NCBI GenBank assembly: GCA_963739985.1
Contig: CAVUCE010000015.1
Location: 6,990 to 70,989 of the forward strand
Direction of reading: 5' to 3'
Length of the DNA stretch: 64,000 nucleotides
Origin: an uncultured Ignavibacteriales bacterium
Lineage (GTDB): Bacteria; Bacteroidota; Ignavibacteria; Ignavibacteriales; Ignavibacteriaceae
Shown here piece after piece: positions 49,784 through 58,809 of the stretch (its first letter is position 1; every line of letters begins with the position of its first letter). The translations under genes were made by a program, and so were the position numbers. The notes beneath the pieces are model-generated. The model was not told the DNA's origin. It was given only the letters and a program-made list of their open reading frames with translations, and searched no databases.

Positions 49784-51187
49784 ATGGAATTAAATCAAAA
49801 AGTTAAAAAAGCAACAATCATTCTTGATAATATTCAGGATGACCCAAAAGAAGAATTGAGTGAAAAGAAATACCTAAGAAGAATTTTAATAACAGGTGCT
49901 ATTTCATTACTTTTACTTTTAGTCATCATATACACATTGCCTTTAACAGTCCTTTCTATAAAGTCTCTATTAGAGTATGCAACCATTGTTGCACTTGTGA
50001 TCTTTCTCTTTGTATTATTGTTTAGATACTTCGCAATTTTGGTGCTCGCTTATCTTTACATTAACCAATACACGTATAAAAAAGTAGAAGGTTTTTTCCC
50101 GTTTGTATCCATTATTGTACCGGTTTATAATGAAGAAAAGGTTATTCATGATTCTATTGATTCATTGTTACAACTTAACTACTCCAATTACGAAATTATA
50201 ATTGTTAATGATGGCTCAACCGATGGTACAAAGGAAGCTGCTTCAACATTAGTCGGTTATCATAAGGGCAAAAACGACGATAACATAAAAGTTTCACTAA
50301 TCAATAAACCAAACGGCGGTAAATCAAAAGCTCTGAATGCAGGAATCAGATATTCGAAAGCAGAGATAGTTCTTTGCATGGATGGTGACTCCCAGTTATC
50401 TCCGGATTCTTTAAGATTAGCTGTAAGACATTTTACTAATCCGGAAATTGGCGCTGTTGCTGGTAACGTGAAAGTTTTGAATCGTGGTAATTTATTTACA
50501 GATCTTCAGGCACTTGAATATATTGAAGGTTTGAATATGGCAAGAAGTGCTCAAAGTTATATTAGACTAGTAAACATTATTCCGGGACCTATCGGATTAT
50601 TTAGAAAAAAAGCTATTGAAGAGGCAGGATTTTATTCTAGCGACACATTTGCTGAAGACGCTGATTTAACTCTTAAAGTTTTAGCAAACGGCTGGAAAAT
50701 ATATTACGAACCAAATTCAATTTCGTTTACAGAAGCCCCGGCAAAATTACAACAGTTGTTAAAACAAAGATACAGATGGACACGCGGTATTTTGCAGTCA
50801 ATTAGAAAACATAAAAAATTAATGTTGAACCCAACTGTAAACTTTGGCGATACCTTTATTTTATGGACTATGGTTTATGAAGCTTTAATTTGGCCTACAA
50901 TGAATATTGCAGCTAACTTGTTCTTTATAATTGCTGCTTTGGCATTCGGATTTTCATCTTTGATTTTCTTCTGGTGGGCTGGCTTAGCGCTTTTGGATTT
51001 TGTAACAGCATTGTATTGCGTTGCTGTTGAAAAGGAAGAATTTAGATTAGTCGGATATTCAATCATTTATAGAATGTTTTTCATTCTCATCATAGATATT
51101 TGTAAAGCCATGTCAACCATTGAAGAATTTCTTGGTATTAGAATGACATGGGGAAAACTTGAAAGAGTTGGATCGGCAAAAGCATAA
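49784..51187 (+). CDS. processive family-2 glycosyltransferase (PgaC/IcaA/NodC-type polysaccharide synthase)
   Basis: N- and C-terminal TM helices flank a GT-A domain with SIIVPVYNEE, NDGSTDGT, NGGKSKALN, MDGDSQL, EDADLT and the processivity motif QRYRWTRG. Confidence 0.85.
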   Translation: MELNQKVKKATIILDNIQDDPKEELSEKKYLRRILITGAISLLLLLVIIYTLPLTVLSIKSLLEYATIVALVIFLFVLLFRYFAILVLAYLYINQYTYKKVEGFFPFVSIIVPVYNEEKVIHDSIDSLLQLNYSNYEIIIVNDGSTDGTKEAASTLVGYHKGKNDDNIKVSLINKPNGGKSKALNAGIRYSKAEIVLCMDGDSQLSPDSLRLAVRHFTNPEIGAVAGNVKVLNRGNLFTDLQALEYIEGLNMARSAQSYIRLVNIIPGPIGLFRKKAIEEAGFYSSDTFAEDADLTLKVLANGWKIYYEPNSISFTEAPAKLQQLLKQRYRWTRGILQSIRKHKKLMLNPTVNFGDTFILWTMVYEALIWPTMNIAANLFFIIAALAFGFSSLIFFWWAGLALLDFVTALYCVAVEKEEFRLVGYSIIYRMFFILIIDICKAMSTIEEFLGIRMTWGKLERVGSAKA

Positions 51188-51222
51188 CTTTTAATTATAA
51201 TAAATAAATTCGAGAGGCTCGC

Positions 51223-51732
51223 ATGGAACTTATTCCTATTCTATCAACAATCATTCTCGTTGCTACAATAAGCACCTTCTTGTTGGCGATCGGAGCATAC
51301 ATCCTCTATAAAGTTAGAGAAAGAAGAGGACAAGTAGTCACAGCTCCGGAACCAAGTTCAGTGAAGGCAGAGCTTATAACTCCGGCAACAGCACCAGAAC
51401 AAGGTCGCCCTGCTCCAACAGAGCAGCCAATTGTGGTACAACAACCAATGCGTCAGCCTGCATATGCGCAAGCTGGTCAGTCGGTTGATCAAAATGTTAG
51501 ACCAAGTTACACTGTCAAAGAAAAAACTTACTACGAACCTGCTTATGCTCAAACTGGAAGAAAATCTAGAACTACTCAACCGCAAAGAGGTTATCAAGGA
51601 CCCAGCTATGCATCGCAAGGACAGGAAAATAGTAAGGAGACCGGTAGAGAAGCTCGTTTTCTACAATATACAACTGAAGGCTATGTATCAGCAAAAGAAG
51701 ATAAAAACGCAGGAGCATTAAAGTGGCGGTAA
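51223..51732 (+). CDS. single-TM protein with a Pro/Gln/Ala-rich low-complexity tail (occupies the PgaD-like position)
   Basis: N-terminal helix ILSTIILVATISTFLLAIGAYILY followed by RERR, then a disordered-looking tail. A GAGAGG lies upstream of the ATG. The stop overlaps the next gene by 10 nt. Confidence 0.5.
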   Translation: MELIPILSTIILVATISTFLLAIGAYILYKVRERRGQVVTAPEPSSVKAELITPATAPEQGRPAPTEQPIVVQQPMRQPAYAQAGQSVDQNVRPSYTVKEKTYYEPAYAQTGRKSRTTQPQRGYQGPSYASQGQENSKETGREARFLQYTTEGYVSAKEDKNAGALKWR

Positions 51733-53621
51733 AATCGAACAAAGGAAGGGGAATAAATCAACCATTAATTATTATTAGTGGATTACTCTTCCTTTTGGGA
51801 GCGGCCCTTATATACGTTTACATTTTGAGAGGTGTTTACGGAAGATTTAGTGCTAGTGAACTTCTTCCAAAATCAAGTGTAATTGAAAATGTTGTTAATG
51901 GCAGTAAACCTACAATAGCTATTCTTTATTCTAAATATACTGAGAATATGTTACCTGAAGGAAGTACTTGGCTAAGTGATAACATCAATACATGGAAAAA
52001 ATTCTTAAATGCAGGCGGATATAAATATGATGTAATTTCTGATCAAACTATAGAACGCGGTAAACATTTCAAATATAAGTTGATTGTTTTACCGGGCGAT
52101 AAATCTTTAAGTGATAAAGAAATAGTTCAGCTAAAAGAATACATTAATAAAGGCGGAAGTGTTTTCTCTACCAGTGGTATTGCTTCCTATTCAGATAATG
52201 GTAAATGGAGAGGCTGGGATTTCTTGTCTGAGGTCTTTGGTTTGAAATTCAGCAAAGAAATAGATAGAAACGAAGTTACAAAGATTCATACTTTAAGAGG
52301 TGATTTACCGATTACCGCAAATATTCCGACCGGTTTCCCTTTAAAAGTTGCTACCTGGGATCGCCCCATGTCTGTTGAAGTTCTAGATCCTAGAACAACA
52401 CAGGCAAGTTTCTGGTACAATTATCGTTTACAAGACGGACTTTCCAGAGATCAAATTAAAAAGAGTGCCGGAATTGTTTACGGTACTTATGGATATGGAA
52501 GATTCGTTTGGATGGGGTTCGAAATAAATTCAGTTATAGGTGTTCAAGAAGATTATGTTTATTTCGATCGACTTTTCAACAACTGTATTCATTGGTTAAA
52601 TTACGAACCAACAGCTTATGTTAAAGATTGGCCTTCCGGTTATGATGCGGCTGCTATTATTACTCCGGTAATTGGCGACGATCCTAATGAAATAAATAAT
52701 TTGTTAGATGTCCTTCGTAAAGAAAAGGTTAAGGCAAGTTTCTATGTAAAACCGAGTGAAGCCGAAGCCAATAAAAGTTTGATTAAATCTGTTAGTAAAT
52801 ATGGAAATGTAGGTGCCTTGGTTGATATTGGATATTTAAATTCTATTAACGATACAGTTAATACTTTAAATGATTATGACACACAGTTGCAAAAACTCAA
52901 AGATGCTCAATCATCTATTCAATCAATTACCAATAAGCCGGTTAAAGGATTTATGCCTTACTACGGATTGTATGATCAAAATACAATTAAAGCTTTAATC
53001 AATTCCGGTTATAAATATGTCCTTACCGATTCTTTAACCGATAGATCTGTTCCAAGAACTATTGTGCGAGGTGATAGTGTATTAACATCGATTACCAAAA
53101 CTGCTAGAGATGATTATGAGGTTATCAGAGATTTTGGACTAACTAATCCTAATTTTCAGTATTATACTTATCAAGAGGATGTTGATCGTGTACTTTTTGA
53201 AGGCGGATTGTATGTAATGAAAATGCATACTGCTTACCAGTGTAAACCGGATAATATCGGAGTTGTTAAAAATACAATTGATGATCTTAAAAAGAAAAAT
53301 TTCTGGATTACTACGCCTGAAGAAGTTACCAAATGGTGGACTCACAGAAATTATGTTGAAGTTCGTGTGAGAAAAAGAGGAGAAACAAGAATTGCGTTAA
53401 CAGTATCAAACCCTGGTACTGAAGTAGCCAGTAACTTAGTGATAATGGTTAATCTTAATGAACCGGCTAAAAATATTTCTTTGAGTACTGAAATTATCGG
53501 TACTAAAATTGCAAAAATTCAATACGATAAAAGCAGTCATATTATTTATGTTTATATAAATGATTTACAGCCGGGACAATCAAGAGCTTATTATCTTGAT
53601 TATGATAAACCGAACGCTTAG
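51723..53621 (+). CDS. membrane-anchored two-domain protein with a C-terminal polysaccharide-deacetylase (CE4/NodB)-like region
   Basis: GTG start, TM anchor and an N-terminal alpha/beta-looking domain. The later region has VIGDDP, KASFYV, FMPYYG and YVMKMH, resembling CE4 motifs 1, 3 and 5. No HxxxH pair was seen where CE4 motif 2 is expected. Confidence 0.5.
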   Translation: MAVKSNKGRGINQPLIIISGLLFLLGAALIYVYILRGVYGRFSASELLPKSSVIENVVNGSKPTIAILYSKYTENMLPEGSTWLSDNINTWKKFLNAGGYKYDVISDQTIERGKHFKYKLIVLPGDKSLSDKEIVQLKEYINKGGSVFSTSGIASYSDNGKWRGWDFLSEVFGLKFSKEIDRNEVTKIHTLRGDLPITANIPTGFPLKVATWDRPMSVEVLDPRTTQASFWYNYRLQDGLSRDQIKKSAGIVYGTYGYGRFVWMGFEINSVIGVQEDYVYFDRLFNNCIHWLNYEPTAYVKDWPSGYDAAAIITPVIGDDPNEINNLLDVLRKEKVKASFYVKPSEAEANKSLIKSVSKYGNVGALVDIGYLNSINDTVNTLNDYDTQLQKLKDAQSSIQSITNKPVKGFMPYYGLYDQNTIKALINSGYKYVLTDSLTDRSVPRTIVRGDSVLTSITKTARDDYEVIRDFGLTNPNFQYYTYQEDVDRVLFEGGLYVMKMHTAYQCKPDNIGVVKNTIDDLKKKNFWITTPEEVTKWWTHRNYVEVRVRKRGETRIALTVSNPGTEVASNLVIMVNLNEPAKNISLSTEIIGTKIAKIQYDKSSHIIYVYINDLQPGQSRAYYLDYDKPNA

Positions 53622-53639
53622 TTAAAAGATATTATAGAA

Positions 53640-53672
53640 TGAGTAGGTCTCTTTGAGGGAAGGACCTACTCA
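53640..53672 (+). terminator. terminator-like hairpin after the CE4-like gene
   Basis: tgagtaggtc (53640-53649) pairs with gacctactca (53663-53672), giving a 10-bp stem and 13-nt loop. The T-run (gctttttg) lies 8 nt downstream. Confidence 0.5.
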
Positions 53673-53731
53673 GTTAAGCTTTTTGCAGCTATAGGGTGAC
53701 AAATTAAATAGAGGAATTATTAGAGTGCAAT

Positions 53732-54991
53732 ATGAATTCTAAGTTATTAAAATATTTTTCAATCGTGGCTTTTGTTGGTTTTCTAATTTCCGGATGTTCA
53801 GATTTTTTAACCAATACAAGCAATACAGGGGCAACCGGCAACGGTAAAATTAAAATAACTATTCAAAGTCCGTTATCTAATGATTCAGTTGGGTATGGGA
53901 GTACAAAAGTAAACTATACTATAGTCCAGGATTTGGGAGTTAATTTTTTAGAGCTTTATGTTGATGGTAAAATAAATAAGTATATCGCTTTTGATGCATC
54001 CGGAGCAGTTCCAACCATAAATCTTAATATAGATTCATCAAAAATAGGTTCCAAATTTAGTTATTTTGTTATTTATTATGATAAAGACGGTTACTCCGTT
54101 AGAAGTGATACTATGACTAACCTGGTTGTGGTTGAACCCAAATTGCCTCCTTATGCTCCATATAATTTAATTTTAAGCAGACTTACAAAAACCTCTGTAA
54201 ATATAGCTTGGAAAGATTCTTCAAAAGGTGTAACTGGATTTGAAATTTGGAGGAAGATCGGATCAAGTGGTAATTTTGCAAGATATTTAAGCTCAGGTCC
54301 AAAAACATTTAATATTAACGATACAAATTTGAATCCTGATTCAACTTATTATTATAAAATTAGATCTATAAATAAATACGGAGAATCAGATTTCAGTGAA
54401 GTTAAAAGTACAACCGGTTCATCAAACTCTAATGTAGATGCACCATACAATGTAAAAGCAATAGCTACAGGTACAAACGTAGTAAAGCTAACATGGAGCG
54501 CAAACAATACTAACGTGAATTTTTTTAGAGTTGAAAGAAAATATTCTTTTTCAGACTACTCCAGTGTCGGAATTGTAGATGCAAATACTTTTAATTATAC
54601 AGATAGTTTGAACGGTTTAACTGCAGGCGGAGAATATTATTACAGAATAAAAGCATACTCCGGTTCAGATTCAGCAGCGTCTAGTGAAGTTTATGTAAAA
54701 ACACTATCTTACGTTCTTTCCAAACCAAATATTACTTCAATTACTTCAACCGAAAAAGGAATGGTGAAAATAGATTGGGTAATTAATGATTATAGAACGG
54801 CTAATATTGTTATTGAAAGAAAACTTGGAGTTGGCGGAAGTTTCACTCAAGTTGTAAATTTAGATAGTAATATAAGAACCTATTCTGATTCTAGTTTAGT
54901 CTCAGGAGCTACTTATTATTATCGGATGAAAAGAGACGACGGAAGTATTAGTTCGGAATATTCTTCTGAATCAGGTGTAGTTGTTAAGTAA
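53732..54991 (+). CDS. lipoprotein with three or more fibronectin type III domains
   Basis: Lipobox FLISGCS, then repeated FN3 patterns (APYNLILSRLTKTSVNIAWKD...YYYKIRSINKYGESDFS; APYNVKAIATGTNVVKLTWS...YYYRIKAYSG). Confidence 0.75.
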   Translation: MNSKLLKYFSIVAFVGFLISGCSDFLTNTSNTGATGNGKIKITIQSPLSNDSVGYGSTKVNYTIVQDLGVNFLELYVDGKINKYIAFDASGAVPTINLNIDSSKIGSKFSYFVIYYDKDGYSVRSDTMTNLVVVEPKLPPYAPYNLILSRLTKTSVNIAWKDSSKGVTGFEIWRKIGSSGNFARYLSSGPKTFNINDTNLNPDSTYYYKIRSINKYGESDFSEVKSTTGSSNSNVDAPYNVKAIATGTNVVKLTWSANNTNVNFFRVERKYSFSDYSSVGIVDANTFNYTDSLNGLTAGGEYYYRIKAYSGSDSAASSEVYVKTLSYVLSKPNITSITSTEKGMVKIDWVINDYRTANIVIERKLGVGGSFTQVVNLDSNIRTYSDSSLVSGATYYYRMKRDDGSISSEYSSESGVVVK

Positions 54992-55098
54992 AATTTCTAC
55001 TAAAGTAAGATTTTAAAAACTTTTGTTTATAAATTTATGATTCGAAATAATAAATAATTTTTAGGAAAACAATCGGTATTAGTTTTTAAATAACAAAA

Positions 55099-58000
55099 GT
55101 GAATAGCTTGCAAGCAGAAAATAATATAAATATAAATCTCTTTTCGGCACTTAACCGGAATATAAAAGACCCATTCATTGTACTAGACCATAGCGGGAAT
55201 ATTTTATCCCTGAATGAACAAGCTGAATCTCTTTTTAATCTTTCCGGAAATAGATCCAATTTTTATAAACTTTTTGACTCTCAAACTTCGGATAAGATAA
55301 AGAAACTTATTGAACAGATAATTTCAGAAACTAATTTTATATCCGAAAATATTATTCTAAGTCTAAAGTCGGGAACAGAAATTAATTCTGAGATAACCTT
55401 AAGCTGTTATCAAGAAGAAAATGAATTATTTGTTTTTTGCTCGATAAAAAAAATCCAGTCTAAACTTGAACCAGCCGGAACTACCGAAGTAAAAGTTGTT
55501 ACTCAAGAATTAGCAAAAATTATACGCAATAAAAGCGTACTTAGTATAATTGAAGATATAAAATCCCTTTATCCTTTTACTTTTATCGGAAAAGAAAAAG
55601 TACTTAAAGGAGCTAATAAACTGGAAGAACTTTTTTGGATTAAGGATTCTAAAGGAATATACGTTTTAATTAACAAAGCGTTATCAAAAGGATTAGGTTT
55701 ACGCACTACTCTTGTTGAGGGAAAATCAGCAAGTTCATTTATTCCTGCATATTTAGTAGGATTTTATGAAGCAATTGAGACTTATATTCGTGATTCCGTA
55801 AATGTAATTATGATTGAAGGAATTCCTATTAAAGGAATTTCTGCGTATGAAAATTACCAAACAATTGAAATACCTTTAGTTGATTCTGATAATAACCTAA
55901 TTGCAACAATTGGTATAGCTCAGAAAAAAATAAGTAAAAATGATACAGAATGGAATGAAATACTTTTCGGTTCAAAATTGGATATGCTTGTAAATTGGCC
56001 GGAAAAGGTAGCTATTCTTGATAAGGACGGGAATTTTAAGCATGGAAGTAAAGATTTTTGTAAATTATTTTCACTTGAAATTAAGAACTTAAGAGAAAAT
56101 AATTTTCGGAATTCATTACCGGAAAATCTAATACAAAAGGTTAATGAATTTCTTGAATCATCTGTTCTTGAAGAAAAATTTGAAATAAATTCTTCCGCGG
56201 AATTAGAGATAAATTCTAAAGAATTCCTGGAAGTTTTTTTAAACAAAATATACGATAAAGAAAACGACTTAGTTGGTTTTTCTGTTGTAATAAAAGAAAA
56301 ACAAAATTTTGATGATGTTGAAAACTTTATAAACAGCCGAGGAAGAATGTTTGAAATTTTAATCCAAAATAATCCGGAACCTATTTTTATATACGATACA
56401 GAAAATTTAAGGTTCCTAGAAGTTAATGATTCAGCTTTGTCTCTTTACGGTTATAGAAAAGATGAATTTTTACAAATGGATTTAACCGACTTATACACAC
56501 CGGAAGATATTCAAACTTTACTTGATTCTTCTTCCTCAACAAAAGAAGGTACTTTTTCGGGACCATTCAGACATAAAAAGAAAGACGGTTCATCTGTTTT
56601 TGTAGAAATCAGTAAAATTACTTTTACTTTTCAAGATCGTGAAGCACATTTTAATATTATAAAAGATGTTTCCGCTAATCTTGATCTCGAGAAGAAACTA
56701 CAGCTATTCAAATCGGCTTTTAACAATACTGATGATGTTATTTTTATTACTGATAATACCGGAATCATTAAATTTGTAAATCAAGCAGCACTAAAGAAAC
56801 TTGATAAATCAAAAAATGATTTGGAAAATATTTCTTTTACATCTTTGGTTAAAGATGAGGAACGCGGCTCTATTAATTCATCAATTTTTAAATCTCACTT
56901 AAAGGATGAGGTTACAATTTTTACCGAACTTAAATCAGGTAAGGATGAATTTATAAATGTAGAATTGAATGCTACTCCTATTCTAGATTATAATGAAGAA
57001 ATAGATTCTTATACAATATTGTGTAAGATTCAAGTTGAGCCCGTTGAGCCGAAAGAGATTATAAAGGAAGTAATAAAAGAAGTAGTTGTTGAAAAGGAAG
57101 TCCCTTCTAAAACACCGGTTACCAATGCAGACAATTCAGCCTTTTTATCCAGTATGTTCCATGAAATTTTAACTCCTATAAATGTGATTCTAGGATTTGT
57201 TGAAGAGCTAACAGATGGAATTTCGGATAAAAACAAAGATCAAAAAGAAGCTGCTGATATTATAAATCAGAATAGAGAGCGTTTGCTTTCTACCATGAAT
57301 TCGGTTTTAGAGTATTCAAATATTCAACAAAATAAAATTGATCTTAACGTAGAAACAGTAGCAATTACACAGGTAATAGATCAGCTTCAGCAAGATATTA
57401 GTGATATTGTTGGCTCTAGAAATATTGAATTTGGTTATGGTAAAATTTCGTCTTCTCTCAGCTTTGAAACTGATAGGAATAAATTTCAAAGTTTAATATC
57501 ACAACTTTTTAGAATTGTAACTCATATTTCCAGGGAAAAAAAGATTTACTTCTCAGCTTATCAACTTAATGATGACTCATTTATTATTGCGATAAAAGAT
57601 AATTATAACTCTATCTCACGTTGGCTGATGGAAAACCTTATCGGATTATTTACCAAAGGGGAAGCAGGATTATCAAAAGATTTTGGAATACCTAAACTAA
57701 CGGTACAACTCGCCACTGCTTTGTTAAAAATTCTAAAAGGAAATGTAGATACTATTCAAAATGATAATGAAAAAGTTGAATGCGGATTTATTTTCCCAAT
57801 TAATATAAATGAGTATGCAGATTTTAATTCGCTTCGTTCATCAGAATTTGAATCAGACACACAAGAAGATATAGAGGAAAACATATCGGAGGAAGTGTTT
57901 GAGGAATCGGTTCAAAATGTAACAGAAGATGAACTTGATTCGGAAGAGCAAATTGATCATGAGGAAGAACCGGATTATTCATTCCCGGACTTTTCTGATG

Positions 58001-58575
58001 AAGATGAAGAAGTCAGCAGTTCTAACTCTGATGATTTTGAATATATAGAATCAAAATTAAATCACGAAATTCAGATTCCTGAAGAAAATGACGATAATTC
58101 CATTGAAGAAGATCAGGAAATAAACGAAGAACCCGTTGCTGATGATAAAGAGACAGAGATTCCTTACTATTCTCCGAAAAATATCAATCGCCTAGATTTG
58201 TCAAATCTTAATTGTCTTTATATAGAAGATCAAGTTGATTCTCAGATTCTCTTTAAAGTTCAAATGAAGGAACTAAAAGAGATTAAATTTGCAGTAAGTT
58301 TTGAAGAAGCTTTACCGCTTCTAGATACCGAACATTTTGATTTTATTGTTATGGACATAAATTTACAAGGTGAGTATAATGGTTTGGATGCGCTAAAGAT
58401 TGTTCATAAAATGCCTGAGTATCAAAATATTCCTATCATTGCGGTTACGGCTTATGTTTTACCGGGTGACAAGGAAAAATTCATTGCAGTCGGGTTTAAT
58501 GATTTTATTTCAAAGCCAATTTTTAAAGAAAAAATGGTTGATTCACTAGAAAAAATTTTCCTACCTCAAATCTAA
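55099..58575 (+). CDS. multi-PAS hybrid sensor kinase-like protein with an acidic linker and C-terminal receiver
   Basis: GTG start and several PAS-like segments. H-box SMFHEILTPINVILGF is present, followed by a region lacking clear N/G1/G2 ATP-lid boxes. Next comes about 110 aa of Asp/Glu-rich linker, then a receiver (LYIEDQ ... FIVMDINLQG ... IIAVTAY ... FISKP). Confidence 0.7.
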   Translation: MNSLQAENNININLFSALNRNIKDPFIVLDHSGNILSLNEQAESLFNLSGNRSNFYKLFDSQTSDKIKKLIEQIISETNFISENIILSLKSGTEINSEITLSCYQEENELFVFCSIKKIQSKLEPAGTTEVKVVTQELAKIIRNKSVLSIIEDIKSLYPFTFIGKEKVLKGANKLEELFWIKDSKGIYVLINKALSKGLGLRTTLVEGKSASSFIPAYLVGFYEAIETYIRDSVNVIMIEGIPIKGISAYENYQTIEIPLVDSDNNLIATIGIAQKKISKNDTEWNEILFGSKLDMLVNWPEKVAILDKDGNFKHGSKDFCKLFSLEIKNLRENNFRNSLPENLIQKVNEFLESSVLEEKFEINSSAELEINSKEFLEVFLNKIYDKENDLVGFSVVIKEKQNFDDVENFINSRGRMFEILIQNNPEPIFIYDTENLRFLEVNDSALSLYGYRKDEFLQMDLTDLYTPEDIQTLLDSSSSTKEGTFSGPFRHKKKDGSSVFVEISKITFTFQDREAHFNIIKDVSANLDLEKKLQLFKSAFNNTDDVIFITDNTGIIKFVNQAALKKLDKSKNDLENISFTSLVKDEERGSINSSIFKSHLKDEVTIFTELKSGKDEFINVELNATPILDYNEEIDSYTILCKIQVEPVEPKEIIKEVIKEVVVEKEVPSKTPVTNADNSAFLSSMFHEILTPINVILGFVEELTDGISDKNKDQKEAADIINQNRERLLSTMNSVLEYSNIQQNKIDLNVETVAITQVIDQLQQDISDIVGSRNIEFGYGKISSSLSFETDRNKFQSLISQLFRIVTHISREKKIYFSAYQLNDDSFIIAIKDNYNSISRWLMENLIGLFTKGEAGLSKDFGIPKLTVQLATALLKILKGNVDTIQNDNEKVECGFIFPININEYADFNSLRSSEFESDTQEDIEENISEEVFEESVQNVTEDELDSEEQIDHEEEPDYSFPDFSDEDEEVSSSNSDDFEYIESKLNHEIQIPEENDDNSIEEDQEINEEPVADDKETEIPYYSPKNINRLDLSNLNCLYIEDQVDSQILFKVQMKELKEIKFAVSFEEALPLLDTEHFDFIVMDINLQGEYNGLDALKIVHKMPEYQNIPIIAVTAYVLPGDKEKFIAVGFNDFISKPIFKEKMVDSLEKIFLPQI

Positions 58576-58596
58576 TCTATTAAAGAATTTCGTTTT

Positions 58597-58636
58597 AAGG
58601 CTTTATGACATTGATTATAAAGCCTTTTCTTTTTCC
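58597..58636 (+). terminator. rho-independent terminator after the hybrid kinase gene
   Basis: aaggctttat / gacattgatt / ataaagcctt is a perfect 10-bp stem followed by ttctttttcc. Confidence 0.75.
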
Positions 58637-58648
58637 TAAATTTCGATA

Positions 58649-58694
58649 TTGACAAACTATCTAATGAATATTAAATTACCATACAAATGTATGG
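58649..58694 (+). promoter_or_regulatory. sigma70-like promoter with an overlapping 16-bp palindrome (candidate LexA operator)
   Basis: TTGACA (58649-58654), 17 nt, TAAATT (58672-58677), immediately followed by CCATACA-AA-TGTATGG (58679-58694). This lies about 115 nt upstream of the lexA ATG. Confidence 0.4.
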
Positions 58695-58809
58695 CCATTT
58701 ATATAGCCGTCAAATTGTAAAAGATATTTTTAAACGGATTTAGTTTTCATTTTTAGGATAATTGAATATCAAATAAGTAAAAATGTAACTGACAAACCGA
58801 AGGTGTGCC

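Noticed and set aside
51358-51721. 86-aa minus-strand and 96-aa plus-strand ORFs overlapping the Pro/Gln-rich gene
   Set aside because: They are alternative frames of a compositionally biased stretch. The frame starting at 51223 has the TM anchor, an SD-like sequence and coupling to the neighbouring genes, so it is preferred. The frame still deserves checking.
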